A stretch of 64,000 nucleotides of DNA from positions 14,074,001-14,138,000 of the forward strand of contig JBHGNT010000004.1 of assembly GCA_043228905.1 (NCBI GenBank), written 5' to 3'. A model generated the notes under the pieces. The model did no database searches and was not told the DNA's origin. It saw only the letters and a program-made list of their open reading frames with translations. The position numbers and the translations under genes were made by a program. Position 1 is the stretch's first letter, and each line of letters starts with the position of its first letter. Positions 11,918-21,995 of this stretch are shown here, piece by piece. The stretch comes from Azolla caroliniana (taxonomy: Eukaryota; Plantae; Polypodiophyta).

Positions 11918-14900
11918 ATGCCTCTTACCGCCTCAACAGAAACCCATGCCTGGCTCCAGGAACGAGGAATGGGCGGTTACCTGAAGATCATCGATGCCCC
12001 CGCGCACCCAGATGCCCAAACTGTGGCTAAACGTATAAGTCCCGAAGCCATCACCAACAACGTGTTTCGGGCTGTTTTGGACCTGCAACGGGGAGGGGAC
12101 CATGAGGTCGACATACCCCCGGCATCAAAGATGAAGGCGTACTTCGGTGAGTACTCATCCATAGGGAAGGCATATCGCACGTATGGCGGGCCCAACAAAG
12201 CTTTCGGGGAGATTGCTCGTATATTGATGGAGTATGCGTTCGTGCATACGAACCCAACGAGCATGCCGCAGAACAAGGCAGCCATCATCATCAGCGCTTA
12301 TGAAGGAAACAGAATCGATTGGGGAATCATCACAGGCGAGGGACTCCGCGCTGCCTTAGCTTCAGTTCAGTCCGGTAAGAAGATGTTGTCTGTTCTTACC
12401 CACTTTTTGATGGTGCTATACCCACCCTCTTCACTTCCTTCCCCTCGCGCACTCACGTCCCCACCACCACCACGAAGGCAGAGAGAGAAATTCGTGGCCA
12501 TCAGCCACGAAGCATGGGAGGAGCCCACATCGCCTTCACCCCCTGCCGCCGACCAGAAAACCGCATCTGCACCACCACCCGCCCAACCCCAACAAAAAAG
12601 GATAGTTTCCGAGACCTGCCAAGAATGGGAGGGGGAGGTAGCCACGGAAGACAACATGGCTGATGACGTCACCATTCGACAGCCAACGTCGCGCCCCTCG
12701 GTAACGTCCCTAGGACCTAGCCCACGCCCCAACGCACAACAAGCTGCACCACCACGACCCCAGAAAAGGAAGCAGGCGGAGGAAACGACACTACCGGCCC
12801 AGGAACCCCAAACACAGCCAAGCAAAAGAAGACGACTCAACCGCAAGTCCTCGGAAGAACAGAAGGAGCCACATCAGGAGCAAGTCTTAGTGGTCAGATA
12901 GAGCAACCTGGCCATCACCCCTACGGAGGCATCGCTGAACTAGGGAACGATCGAGCATGGGCAGACAATACAGATCTCGGAGGATGAAGTCCTCGGATAT
13001 AAGGACCTCCCCGCGGAGGCTTACGAATTTAGTGCGCTCCTACGCCTCGGTACGTCATTCGAGCTGGTCGACTTCCTCGCCAAAGCCCAAGTCGCGGCAG
13101 CCGCTCAGATGGCGGAAGAGCACGCCGAAACAAAAATGATTCAACGCGCGCTAATAGGTGAAATTGAGCCCCAGGAGGACAGGGCTTTACAAAAAATCAG
13201 GAGGAAGAAGCAGGCAAAACAGGCCGCTCTCCTCATGGAGGTCCCCGACTTGAACACGACCCTTATCGAGGCATATCGGGACCTGGATCGCACAACGCGG
13301 GCAACCAAAGACATGGCCCGAAAGATAAAAGTAGCCCAAAAACAGGCTAAGATGGCTACAGAACTATGGCACGCTGCGAACCAGAAGCTGGCAGCCTGGG
13401 AGCAAAACCGGCCGGAACAACAAGTCCTGAGCCTTCCGGTAACGACCACCGAGGCCCTCCCAACGCCTCCACGCATAACAATGATGGATGAAAGCACCAT
13501 CACCGACTCCATCCTGAAGGTGCAGGCCAGTACACAAACGGACTCGTTACAAATGGTCGATGCCTGCACAACAACCGAGGCGGCCACGGCCGTGGAGCTA
13601 ACCGAACTACCCGCACCTCATGCAACCAAGGAGGTGGCAACCCAGACAGAACCTCCGCTCCGGGATTACCGTGCGGAGCTTAAAGAAGAACAACGGCGAA
13701 CCGAGAGACACGAGCAACGGCATCAAGAGGCGATGGCTCACCTAAAAGAAGAAGCTTCCAAGCAGATGGCCGAGATAAGAGCCCAGGCCGACCAAAGGAT
13801 ACACGAGCAGAACGAAGCACTTGGCCGGGTACAAGCGCAAGCCGCGGCCAAGGAAGCCGAACTCAAAAGCAAGCTGGAGGAATACGCAGCCACAATGGTG
13901 AAGAAAGAGAAGGAGGTTCTAGACCTACAGGCTGCGCTCGACAATGCAAAAGACTGGAACCAGCGGCAGGAGGAAAGAAATCGCCAACGGGAGGAGAGGA
14001 TGAACGCGGAGAATGCCGAGCTGCAGAGTCAGCGTACGACCCTTAAAGAGATGGCTGACGATGGCTCGCCTAAAAGAAGAAGCTTTCAAGCAGATGGCCG
14101 AGATAAGAGCCCAGGCCGACCAAAGGATACACGAGCAGAACGAAGCACTGGGCCGGGTACAAGCGCAAGCCGCGGCCAAGGAAGCCGAACTCAAAAGCAA
14201 GCTGGAGGAATACGCAGCCACAGTGGTGAAGAAAGAGAAGGAGGTTCTAGACCTACAGGCTGCGCTCGACAATGCAAAAGACTGGAACCAGCGGTAGGAG
14301 GAAAGAAATCGCCAACGGGAGGAGAGGATGAACGCGGAGAATGCCGAGCTGCAGAGTCAGCGTACGACCCTTAAAGAGATGGCTGACGAGTTTTTCATCA
14401 AGTGCAAGCTACTTTCAGAGCAAAAAGACGCCTTATCGGATTCCTACTTCGCCCTTCAAGAAGAGAGAATCGTCGAACGGGAACAAATCCGGGCCACGTG
14501 TCAGAAAGAACGGGAGCAGGTCACCGAAGAACTCACCAAGCATTACGAGCAGGCTCTCTAGCTCGCAACCGTGGATGCAAAGAACAGTCAGGCCATCTAT
14601 GAGCTAAGGACACAGAAGATTCAGGCCGAGGTCGACGGCTTAAAACAGGAATTAGCAGCCATCCGAGCACAGCCCGGCATGGATGAGACACGCATCCGCA
14701 TACTGCTCGAGAAACAGCGCCAACACCTTACCAAAAAGGTCGAGGAAACATTAAGTCGCGCAGGAGACGAATGGGCAACCCAAGCTGCCGAATTGCATAT
14801 TTTACGCGCCAACGCTGAGAACCGACGGAAGGAGGGCCGCAGCTTCTACAAAATGGACGAAGCCAGCATTCAAAACCTGCGTGCAGATTTAACCGAGGAT

Positions 14901-15340
14901 TACCAGTCCCTGGCAAAATCTCACACCGCGGCAATCGAGCAAATAATGGAGGACTTCAATGACGGTCAGATGTTGTTTCGCCTGGAAGCTGAAGCCTTCG
15001 AATGAGAACGACTCGCAGCCATCCCCACCAGCCCTCCAACGGCCACAGAGCAGAAAGAAGAACCTCCCAGCAAGGCGATCACAGACCAGCACAGGAGGAA
15101 CTTGCCCCGGCCAACAGACATCCCTTGGACGCCCACACGGTACCAGAGCCTGTCGAAGGAGAGGTCAGCGCCCACGAACCCACACCCCCACCAGAAGAAT
15201 CGGTTGCACCCGAGGCAGACGCCCGAGAAGATATGCCACCCCCAGACCAAACTCAACCCCCCGCACCGACAGTCCAGCCAGACCACCCTGCCACCACCCC
15301 GGACCCCGAAAGCATCCTCGACATCTTAAAGGAGGAATGA
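11918..15340 (+). pseudogene. Extra sense ORF in env position (~1000 aa ancestral): globular N-terminal domain, Pro-rich linker, long coiled coil, acidic/Pro-rich tail
   Basis: ORFs 11618-12901 and 13109-~14058 share a frame, with TAG stops at 12899 and ~12938. After a 328-bp duplication the frame continues through 14328-14561 and 14571-15005. A frameshift near 15080 leads to the stop at 15340. Confidence 0.8.
13731..14386 (+). repeat. 328-bp tandem duplication inside the extra ORF (frameshifting)
   Basis: 13731-14058 is nearly identical to 14059-14386, with CGA microhomology at the junction. Confidence 0.95.
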
Positions 15341-15395
15341 AACGAGGATCACGCCTAAAAGGCAATTTTTGTAATATTGTAGTATTTTGTAAGTC

Positions 15396-15435
15396 GTGGG
15401 TCCGACGGACAAGGTCCTGTCCCATGGGCGTGCCA
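15396..15435 (+). other. tRNA-3'-end-like sequence (inverted PBS) occupying the PPT position
   Basis: GTGGGTCCGA-13 nt-GTCCCATGGGCGTGCCA, then GG and the 3' LTR. The last 10 nt are the exact reverse complement of PBS 5930-5939. Confidence 0.85.
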
Positions 15436-15437
15436 GG

Positions 15438-15892
15438 TGTTGTCCAGAGGACAGAAATGTAAAATTAGGAAATTAGCAAACGTCGAGTCCGAGTATCACG
15501 GGCCACCGATGGCTCGGCTGTGTGTTAGGGGAAAAGTTATTTAAACGAGGAGCAGTACCTCAGAAAAGGAGAGAGAAAAATATAGGCGGAAGCACTAGCT
15601 TAGTCATTCGTAATTAGATAAACTCGTAAGGTCACCGGCCATAGGCCGTGTTATGTAACCCTTTTCTGCCATAGTAATATATCTTAATTGTGCCTATTTG
15701 TGCTGCATCAGTCTGTGGTTCGATCTATACCTATGAGTTTCACGCTGCCACGTCTATCAAAACCTCGCTAGTGTTTTCTCTCTGAGCCCTGTATCTCTCT
15801 CGATGCCTCTGTACGAGCCTTCACGTACCATGCCCTTGAAGACCGATAGACACAGATCTATCGAAGGTGTTCACCCAAAGGAACGGGTAACA
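15438..15892 (+). repeat. 3' LTR
   Basis: Matches 5470-5924 and is followed by TSD CCCGA. Confidence 0.97.
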
Positions 15893-16629
15893 CCCGAAGC
15901 GCACTTAGACCTCAAGACTAAACATGTGTTATAGTCATATGTATCAACGATGTGGTATAGTCTTGGTCATATTTGAACTCGAGACCTCGAGAACAAATGC
16001 ATTAAACACTTGAGCCAACCAAGTAGGTCGCTCTTCTTGAATGTTTAATATTTAATGCGTACAAGATTCCTTATTTCCCCGTCGTTTACCACGAACTTTG
16101 TTGGTACGTTACCTAACCTCAAGTCTCTTAATTACGATGGCATACACCAAAGTGCAACCTAATGGTCAAGCCAAATGAGCCCACGTGGCCCATGACATGG
16201 TTACGCCATCACGAATGCGTTTCGTAAGAATGATCTCATGGTGACATCGTATCCATGTAATGAGGGAGGGATGTTGAATATGTGTATCATAAGAGTGACC
16301 GACCTCACATGAAGTGGGTCAAGCCCTACGTTCTCAACATCATTGTAGCTATAGGCATTTCTTTACGTAATAAAATCGAAGTCACCAACGGGGATGTCAA
16401 CAATAAAAAATTGTTGAAAAAGGGGATGGTGACAATGCCATTCGCACAAAAATGTGAGGACAGCCACCAAAATCCTTTCCCCGAAAAGGAAAACATTCGA
16501 TATTAAAATCACGTAATAACTTATATACACATATGTATATTATCACATATATATGATCCAATACGTATACAAGTGACCACATATGCATATATTAAACAAA
16601 TTTTTACATCAAATAGCCAAAAATGATGT

Positions 16630-16895
16630 AATCGAGGCATATACCCTCTACACACACGAAACATCTAATAATAAGGGTTAATCGTAATACGCAATTGAGG
16701 TATTGTCCTCATACGCATACGACACCAAACGCATATCATTTACATACAAATCAAGGTAATGACCTCATACGCAAATGTAACATATGTTTGTGAACGTAAT
16801 ACGTAATTGCGGTATTAACCTCATACACATACGATACTAATCACATATTAAATATATGTCAAATGAGGTATTGACCTCCTGCACATATGTAAACG
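16630..16895. repeat. Palindromic repeat array in the A2 leader (homolog of 338-607)
   Basis: Five GAGGTATTGACCTC-like cores with homologous intervening sequence. Confidence 0.8.
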
Positions 16896-17134
16896 TTTTA
16901 TATAACCAATTAATTACCACTACAACATCATTTAATTAATGGAAAAAATTACATATGACCATATACATGATTAGAAGGGAGAAGAAGAAATAGAAAAAAA
17001 AACAAGAAAGATTACCGAAGTTCCTTTGTTGATTGTTGTCTGGATCAAGGCCGACCACACATCGATCGTTCACCATCAATCACGAAGAAAAAAGACAACA
17101 AAAGAAACATTAGAACATGAGCTCTGATACCAAC

Positions 17135-17595
17135 TATTAGAGATATGCCGTAATGTAAGCATATGATAAGGATAAAAGAATGATAGATAGATAAATAGAA
17201 AGGAGAGAGAGAAAGAAGGGTGATGATCCACCCGACCACCCCCGAGTGAAGGGATCGAGACGGACTCGAGCCTCGATCGGCGTCCTATACCACCGTTGTG
17301 GCGTCTAGTTGTACCTGGTGCTGGCGCGCTCGTTGCAACAGTTGAACCACCACAAAATAGAGTTTCAACGTAGTCAAAAGATGATGAAATGAGGGTAGCT
17401 AGGCCTCTTATTTATAGCGATACCCAAGGCCCCCAAACAAAGTTCACATTGGGCCTAATGGGTTGTCTCAATCCCGAGGATTAAAAGTAATCCTCCCCTT
17501 CTTTGCACTCTTGTTCAACCCTCACACTTATCCACGTGTATAGAATACTACGGTAAATTCTCACCACGGGATATTATATGGTCCTGCCCATAACA
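17135..17595 (-). repeat. 5' LTR of A2
   Basis: Homologous to 848-1301, with iMet PBS at 17121-17132. Confidence 0.85.
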
Positions 17596-18914
17596 CAAGA
17601 GTTGGCTCCAGAATCTAAGAGTGCTAAGACATGTATTGGAGGAGTACTTTTAGTACTAACCATTACTTGAGCTAAGAACACATTGCTAACTTGCTTAGAG
17701 GAAATGGAACCACTAATGGGCTGCACAGATCTAGGGTTGTCCAACAAAACGACTCCTATTTTGGCTGGACTTAATCGTTTAACTCTTCTTCTAGTTGACT
17801 AAGCATTTCAAATTTGTTTGAAAGGCTTGCGCTATTAGGACTATCAAACACACCTAGAGAAATAGACTCGGGTTTAGTACTATTAGTACTAGCGGTTATT
17901 TGATTTACCTTCCTTTCCGTCCGATGGGGGTAGTTCAATGCAATATGCCTTGGTGCACCGCAATAAAGACATAATCAATTTGCCCTGTGGCGCTGCTTTT
18001 CTTCTTCCGATAGTGGTCCGCAACGATGTGTGGTGTCGATTTCCATTGGAGTCAGAGTATTTGTTGGAGACGTATTGAATGACTTCCTTGGGAAAGGCTT
18101 TGCTACGAATGAAGCATAGGTGGGCTCCAATCTTGTCCTTGGCATTTGGAACTGACATTCCGAACGTCGTTCGAAGAGGCGATTATCGCATCGCACCACA
18201 CGACTGATTGCTTTTGTCAATGACTTTGGCTCCTCGGAAAAATGTTAAGAGTAAATCTTTAACATCATTACGTAGGCCAAAACGAAATTGCTTTATTAGT
18301 GCCTCATCATCCTAGGGAATATCAGTGGCGAGAAGACGGAAATCCGCAACATAAGCCGAGGTTAGCCGCTCACCTTGGCGCAATCTTTGGATTTTTTTTA
18401 TTGTTGTTCTAACACTATCGGTATCTCCAAAACAGGCTTTGAACTCGGTAATAAACTCTTCAAAATTGTTTAACAAGGCAGAGCTTTTTTCTAACAGCGG
18501 GGCGAACCATGCCAAAGTCGTGCCACTAAGTAGAGTTCCTACTAGTCCCACTCGTGATGCATCGGTGGGATATCGAGAAGGATGCATTTGATTGACTAAT
18601 CGTACTTGCTTAAGGAATCCTCTAAACTGTGATTGCGTTCCATTGAATTTCATGAGAAGGCCGATCTTAGGTTCTTTATGAACCCCTTGCGTATTGGGTC
18701 CTTGTTGTTGCATTGCTACTATGGTTGCTTCGAGCTGTTGCACGCGTAATGCTAGTTCCCCATGTTGTTGTTGCGTCTACTGCTTCTCTAAGGAGATTTG
18801 CTGAAGCTCCGCCAACAGTTGTTGATTTTCTTGTTCCAATGCGAGAAACTTCTCTTTCAAGCATTGCAACTCCGAAAAAACATATTGATATTCTTGAGCG
18901 CTAACAGTGGCCAT
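17596..18914 (-). pseudogene. Ty3-type gag plus N-terminal protease fragment
   Basis: ORFs 18312-18743 and 17975-18220, plus the DSGA motif near 17610. Confidence 0.8.
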
Positions 18915-18996
18915 AGTATGAGAGAAAAGAGGAATAAGAGATTAGTATGAAGGGAGGGAGAAGTAAGCAGATAAAGGAAGAGAAGGAAGGGGAGGA

Positions 18997-19008
18997 AAAT
19001 CAGTTCAA
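18997..19008 (-). promoter_or_regulatory. Self-priming PBS TTGAACTGATTT, complementary to minus-strand 19242-19231
   Basis: Perfect 12-nt inverted match, 2 nt from the LTR end. The partner sequence starts ~33 nt downstream of a minus-strand TATAAAA (19275-19269). Confidence 0.75.
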
Positions 19009-19389
19009 ACTGTAAGGAGCAGTACTAAGACAGAGAAGTATTGTTAGGAATAGTACTAAGCCAAAGAAGGAATTAGTACTAAAAGATGGGATTATTACTA
19101 AGGGAGGTGTATAACTCTAAAGAGAATGAAAGAGTGAGTGAGAGAGAGAGAGAGAGAGAATGAGGATAACAAAAGATATATATTATGTGAAGGGAACATA
19201 CAATAGTAGCTAGGAGGCTTAAGACTGGAGTTGAACTGATTTGGTTCGAAATAATGCCTTGTGCCTCCTTTTATAGTGTTCTCATGAGTACTCCTGAAGT
19301 TTCTAGAATGTTACAGAGAAATCTGGAATATACATCAATTTTCTATAATAAAACTTAAATGAAAATAATATTCTTTGTATTGCAATACA

Positions 19390-19446
19390 TAGCCTAATGG
19401 TAAGAGCTTGACCCATGTAACATAAGGTCATGGGTTCGAGTCTTGC
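19390..19446 (+). other. tRNA-like / Pol III A-box and B-box module at the U3 end of the Tcn1-like LTR (antisense to the element)
   Basis: A box TAGCCTAATGG at 19390-19400 and B box GGTTCGAGTC at 19433-19442, at tRNA-like spacing. No intact cloverleaf. Confidence 0.55.
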
Positions 19447-19458
19447 CATATCATGACA

Positions 19459-20526
19459 AATGGTGGTATAGTGGGCAAGTTTCTAGCTTGTGAAAGTGTA
19501 CTCACTCTTCTTCTTTCAACAGTCCTCCTCATGGTGGCCAAATTTGCCACAATATCCGCATTCGACGGGGCTGTTTTGTTGGCTTGGTCCGGCATGAAAT
19601 CTCCCCCTTCTGCCAAACATTCCTCGAGTGTCTCCACTATCTTGCCAAAAGTGGGAGTTGTTTTCATGGGATGGACCTCGTCCGTTTCATCGTTGGGCGA
19701 ATAAGCCTCTTCTTGCACGACCACATCCTCTACCTCTATCCGAGTGCTAATAGAGCAACATTGTCCTTCTGACATGGTGCTCCTTTTTCGTACGTGGTTT
19801 TCCTCAACCAGTAACATTGACTAAAGGTCGATGGAGGGAGTATTTTCTCTTGTGAGGACGATTGTTCTCATTGTGCCGAATCGTTGTGCTAGGCCACCGA
19901 GACATATTTGGACCATTTCATCATCAACAACATTCATGTTGATTGAGTTGAGTGAGTCACACAACTCCTTGATCTTCAAGGTATAGTTTGTGATTGACAT
20001 GTCACTTTGTTAGACACTATTCAACTCTTGACGGAGTTGAAGGTCTCATGTAGTTGTGTTAGGCGTGAAAAACTTCTTGAGATTTTCCTCCTCTTCTTCT
20101 TCTTTCTCAAATGAAGTGGTTCTTCTTGAATATTAGTGTATGACACAACGCACGGGGATGGGCTTGATTAGACTACTAACCGCGTTGATACCATGTAAAT
20201 AAACAAGTGTATGACTATGTGATGCGCAAATAGATTAGAGGGGTGTGTGTGTGAGCGAAGAGAGAATAGACACAGAATAGACAGAAAACATAAATTGTAT
20301 TTTACAAGAAAGAATAATGACCGACTACTTACAAAGGAGAAGAGAAGGCACTTATATGGTCACCTTCTCTCCACATTCTCTTACTAAAACTACCTCTCGG
20401 GAAAGGGGGAAACCTTAACTACCTCAATAACTATGCATCATAGGATGTAAGTCCTATGACACATTAGTTATGTTACATAGTGGTGGTGTGTTCACACACC
20501 ACATATTCTCAGGGTGTGTTCCCACA
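19459..20526 (-). mobile_element. Copia remnant (LTR ~20194-20526, degenerate iMet PBS 20186-20193, partial gag)
   Basis: Gag pieces (EMVQICLGGL, MLLVEENHV) homologous to 45300-46200. TGGTATCA lies next to the LTR. Confidence 0.65.
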
Positions 20527-20539
20527 CTAGGTTAAGTTA

Positions 20540-21112
20540 AGTTTGATTCTCCACACAAAGGAAGTGAGGTGGAGATCGTGACGACACAATTAGTGAAAGC
20601 TGTAATGCAACAAGTGAAGGATCTAAAGCTAAGGAAGGCCAAGAAGCAGGTCGAGGAGGAGGAATCATACAAAGGGAGATACAAGAGAGTGCCCTCATGG
20701 AAACAAGGGAGTCCTTGGTGCTTGAGAAGTGGATCATCAACATGGAGAACCAGTTGGAGTGGTGTCAGATGAGGCCACAAGATTGGGTTGGTGGTAGGAA
20801 ACGGGTTCCTTAGGGATGACGCCAAGGAATAGTACCTTTGAGAATGATAGAGAATACACTTGAAGGATTGGGAAGACTTCAAGCTACAACTGCAGAAGCA
20901 ATTCATCCCAAGGGACAAGACCTCAAGGAAGGGGGAGGAATGGAGGGTTTTCCTTAATTGATTGGGAAATTAGATATTTACATTTCTAAATATAATTATC
21001 TAATGAAGTACTTGAGTAATGTTGATGATTGTGATAGGTTGGAAGGTTTTCTTGATGGATTGCAACCCTCAATTCGAAGGGAAGTGGATAACTGGAAAAA
21101 CTCAACTTGGGA
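20540..21112 (+). pseudogene. Highly degenerate Ty3/Gypsy gag remnant
   Basis: Broken frames read EKWIINMENQLEW...WEDFKLQLQKQF...FLDGLQPSIRREV. Confidence 0.55.
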
Positions 21113-21774
21113 TGTTATGTACACTAACGTAGGTGAGGGCAGGTCACTAGTATCTACATAATTGAAGGGGACTAATGTGATTGGATAGAAGGAATTATAG
21201 GTGCATGCACTATCATGGTTTTAGACAACCAATGAATGGAGAGCCTTTTAGAAGGTAAAATCTATTCAAGGGGCCTAGGAAGAGGTATAAATATGAGTCT
21301 TAGCCACCCTCATAAGGACATTATGTCAGAAGGCTGCTGTTTTAGACATCGGTGGTGCAGGCTAGGCTTTTGTCATGAAGATCGTCTTTATCTCTTCCAA
21401 GGTATTAGTCATCCTAATATCCAGCAGTATGGGACGTTTGTGGTAGGTTGGCTATGTCTAGATCATAGCCGGGGGTGGTCCGGTGGAATGCGTTTTTCTA
21501 TCAAATCTATTTTCATTTTTTCACTTTATTTTGGTCTATTGATTTGTAATAGACTCTTAACAGTGGTATCAAAGCTTTTACTAACAAATTTTTTTGTTGT
21601 TTTTTTGTGTGTGAGCGATGGGGATCTGACAAGGCTTATCATGCTCTTCTCAAGATCAAAACAACATTCTAAACCAGGGATTCTTCTTTTCTATGATGCT
21701 CAGATCGAATTTGTATTACGTTTTCTTTTCTTTTCTTTCTTCTTTTTACCATAATAATATTTTCATTATTATTG

Positions 21775-21995
21775 TGCATCGGGTCGAGTGTGTTTGCACT
21801 ACTCGCAAACGCTGAACTCATGGCCCTTTTGCATATTACATTATATATCCCACTCTCCCCTCTAATGAACCATCTCTTACGATAATAATTAAACTTGTGC
21901 ATCAGTCGAGCGTGTTTGCACTAATCACACATGCTCACCTAATGGCCCTTTTGCATATGATGTTGTATCCCACTCTTCCCTCTATTCAGCCATCT
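21775..21995 (+). repeat. Two ~100-bp direct repeats in the B leader
   Basis: GTGCATC..GTCGAG.GTGTTTGCACTA..ATGGCCCTTTTGCATAT..TATCCCACTCT at ~21775 and ~21897. Confidence 0.7.

Larger units (their letters stand above)
5470..15892 (+). mobile_element. Full-length Ty3/Gypsy non-chromovirus (Athila-like) LTR retrotransposon with extra ORF and no PPT
   Basis: Two 455-bp TG..CA LTRs with about 9 differences by eye. TSD CCCGA at 5465-5469 and 15893-15897. PBS at 5930. Order gag-PR-RT-RH-INT with no chromodomain or second RNase H visible. Confidence 0.97.
4030..17595 (-). mobile_element. Family A copy A2 (LTR, iMet PBS, ~1.6 kb leader, gag; 3' truncated), split by the Gypsy insertion at 5470-15892
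   Basis: LTR 17135-17595 and PBS TGGTATCAGAGC at 17121-17132 (minus). The leader continues across TSD CCCGA to gag at 5099-4084. 5220-5363 is the reverse-complement homolog of ~38030-38180. Confidence 0.75.
17596..19458 (-). mobile_element. 5' part of a Tcn1/Tf1-like Ty3/Gypsy element (LTR ~19011-19458, self-priming PBS, gag, start of protease), interrupted by A2
   Basis: Gag of KEPKI..KFNG..FRGF / PMEID type. Protease LALLDSGANS at ~17600-17630. The PBS is complementary to the element's own R region. Confidence 0.75.

Noticed and set aside
11918-15340. True retroviral-type envelope glycoprotein
   Set aside because: No signal peptide, full-length transmembrane helix or Cys pattern is visible. 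The composition is coiled-coil/disordered.
15328-15345. AAAGGAGGAATGAAA as the Gypsy PPT
   Set aside because: It lies ~95 nt upstream of the LTR start defined by the LTR pair and TSD, and overlaps the extra ORF's last codons.
6293-15462. Numerous overlapping antisense or alternative-frame ORFs
   Set aside because: Shadow ORFs of GC-rich coding sequence with no independent motifs.
848-17595. LTRs 848-1301 and 17135-17595 as the two ends of one 16.7-kb element
   Set aside because: Both are followed by a PBS and the same leader, so both are 5' LTRs of separate copies.
19382-19455. Functional tRNA gene
   Set aside because: A and B boxes are present, but no convincing acceptor stem or anticodon arm could be folded.
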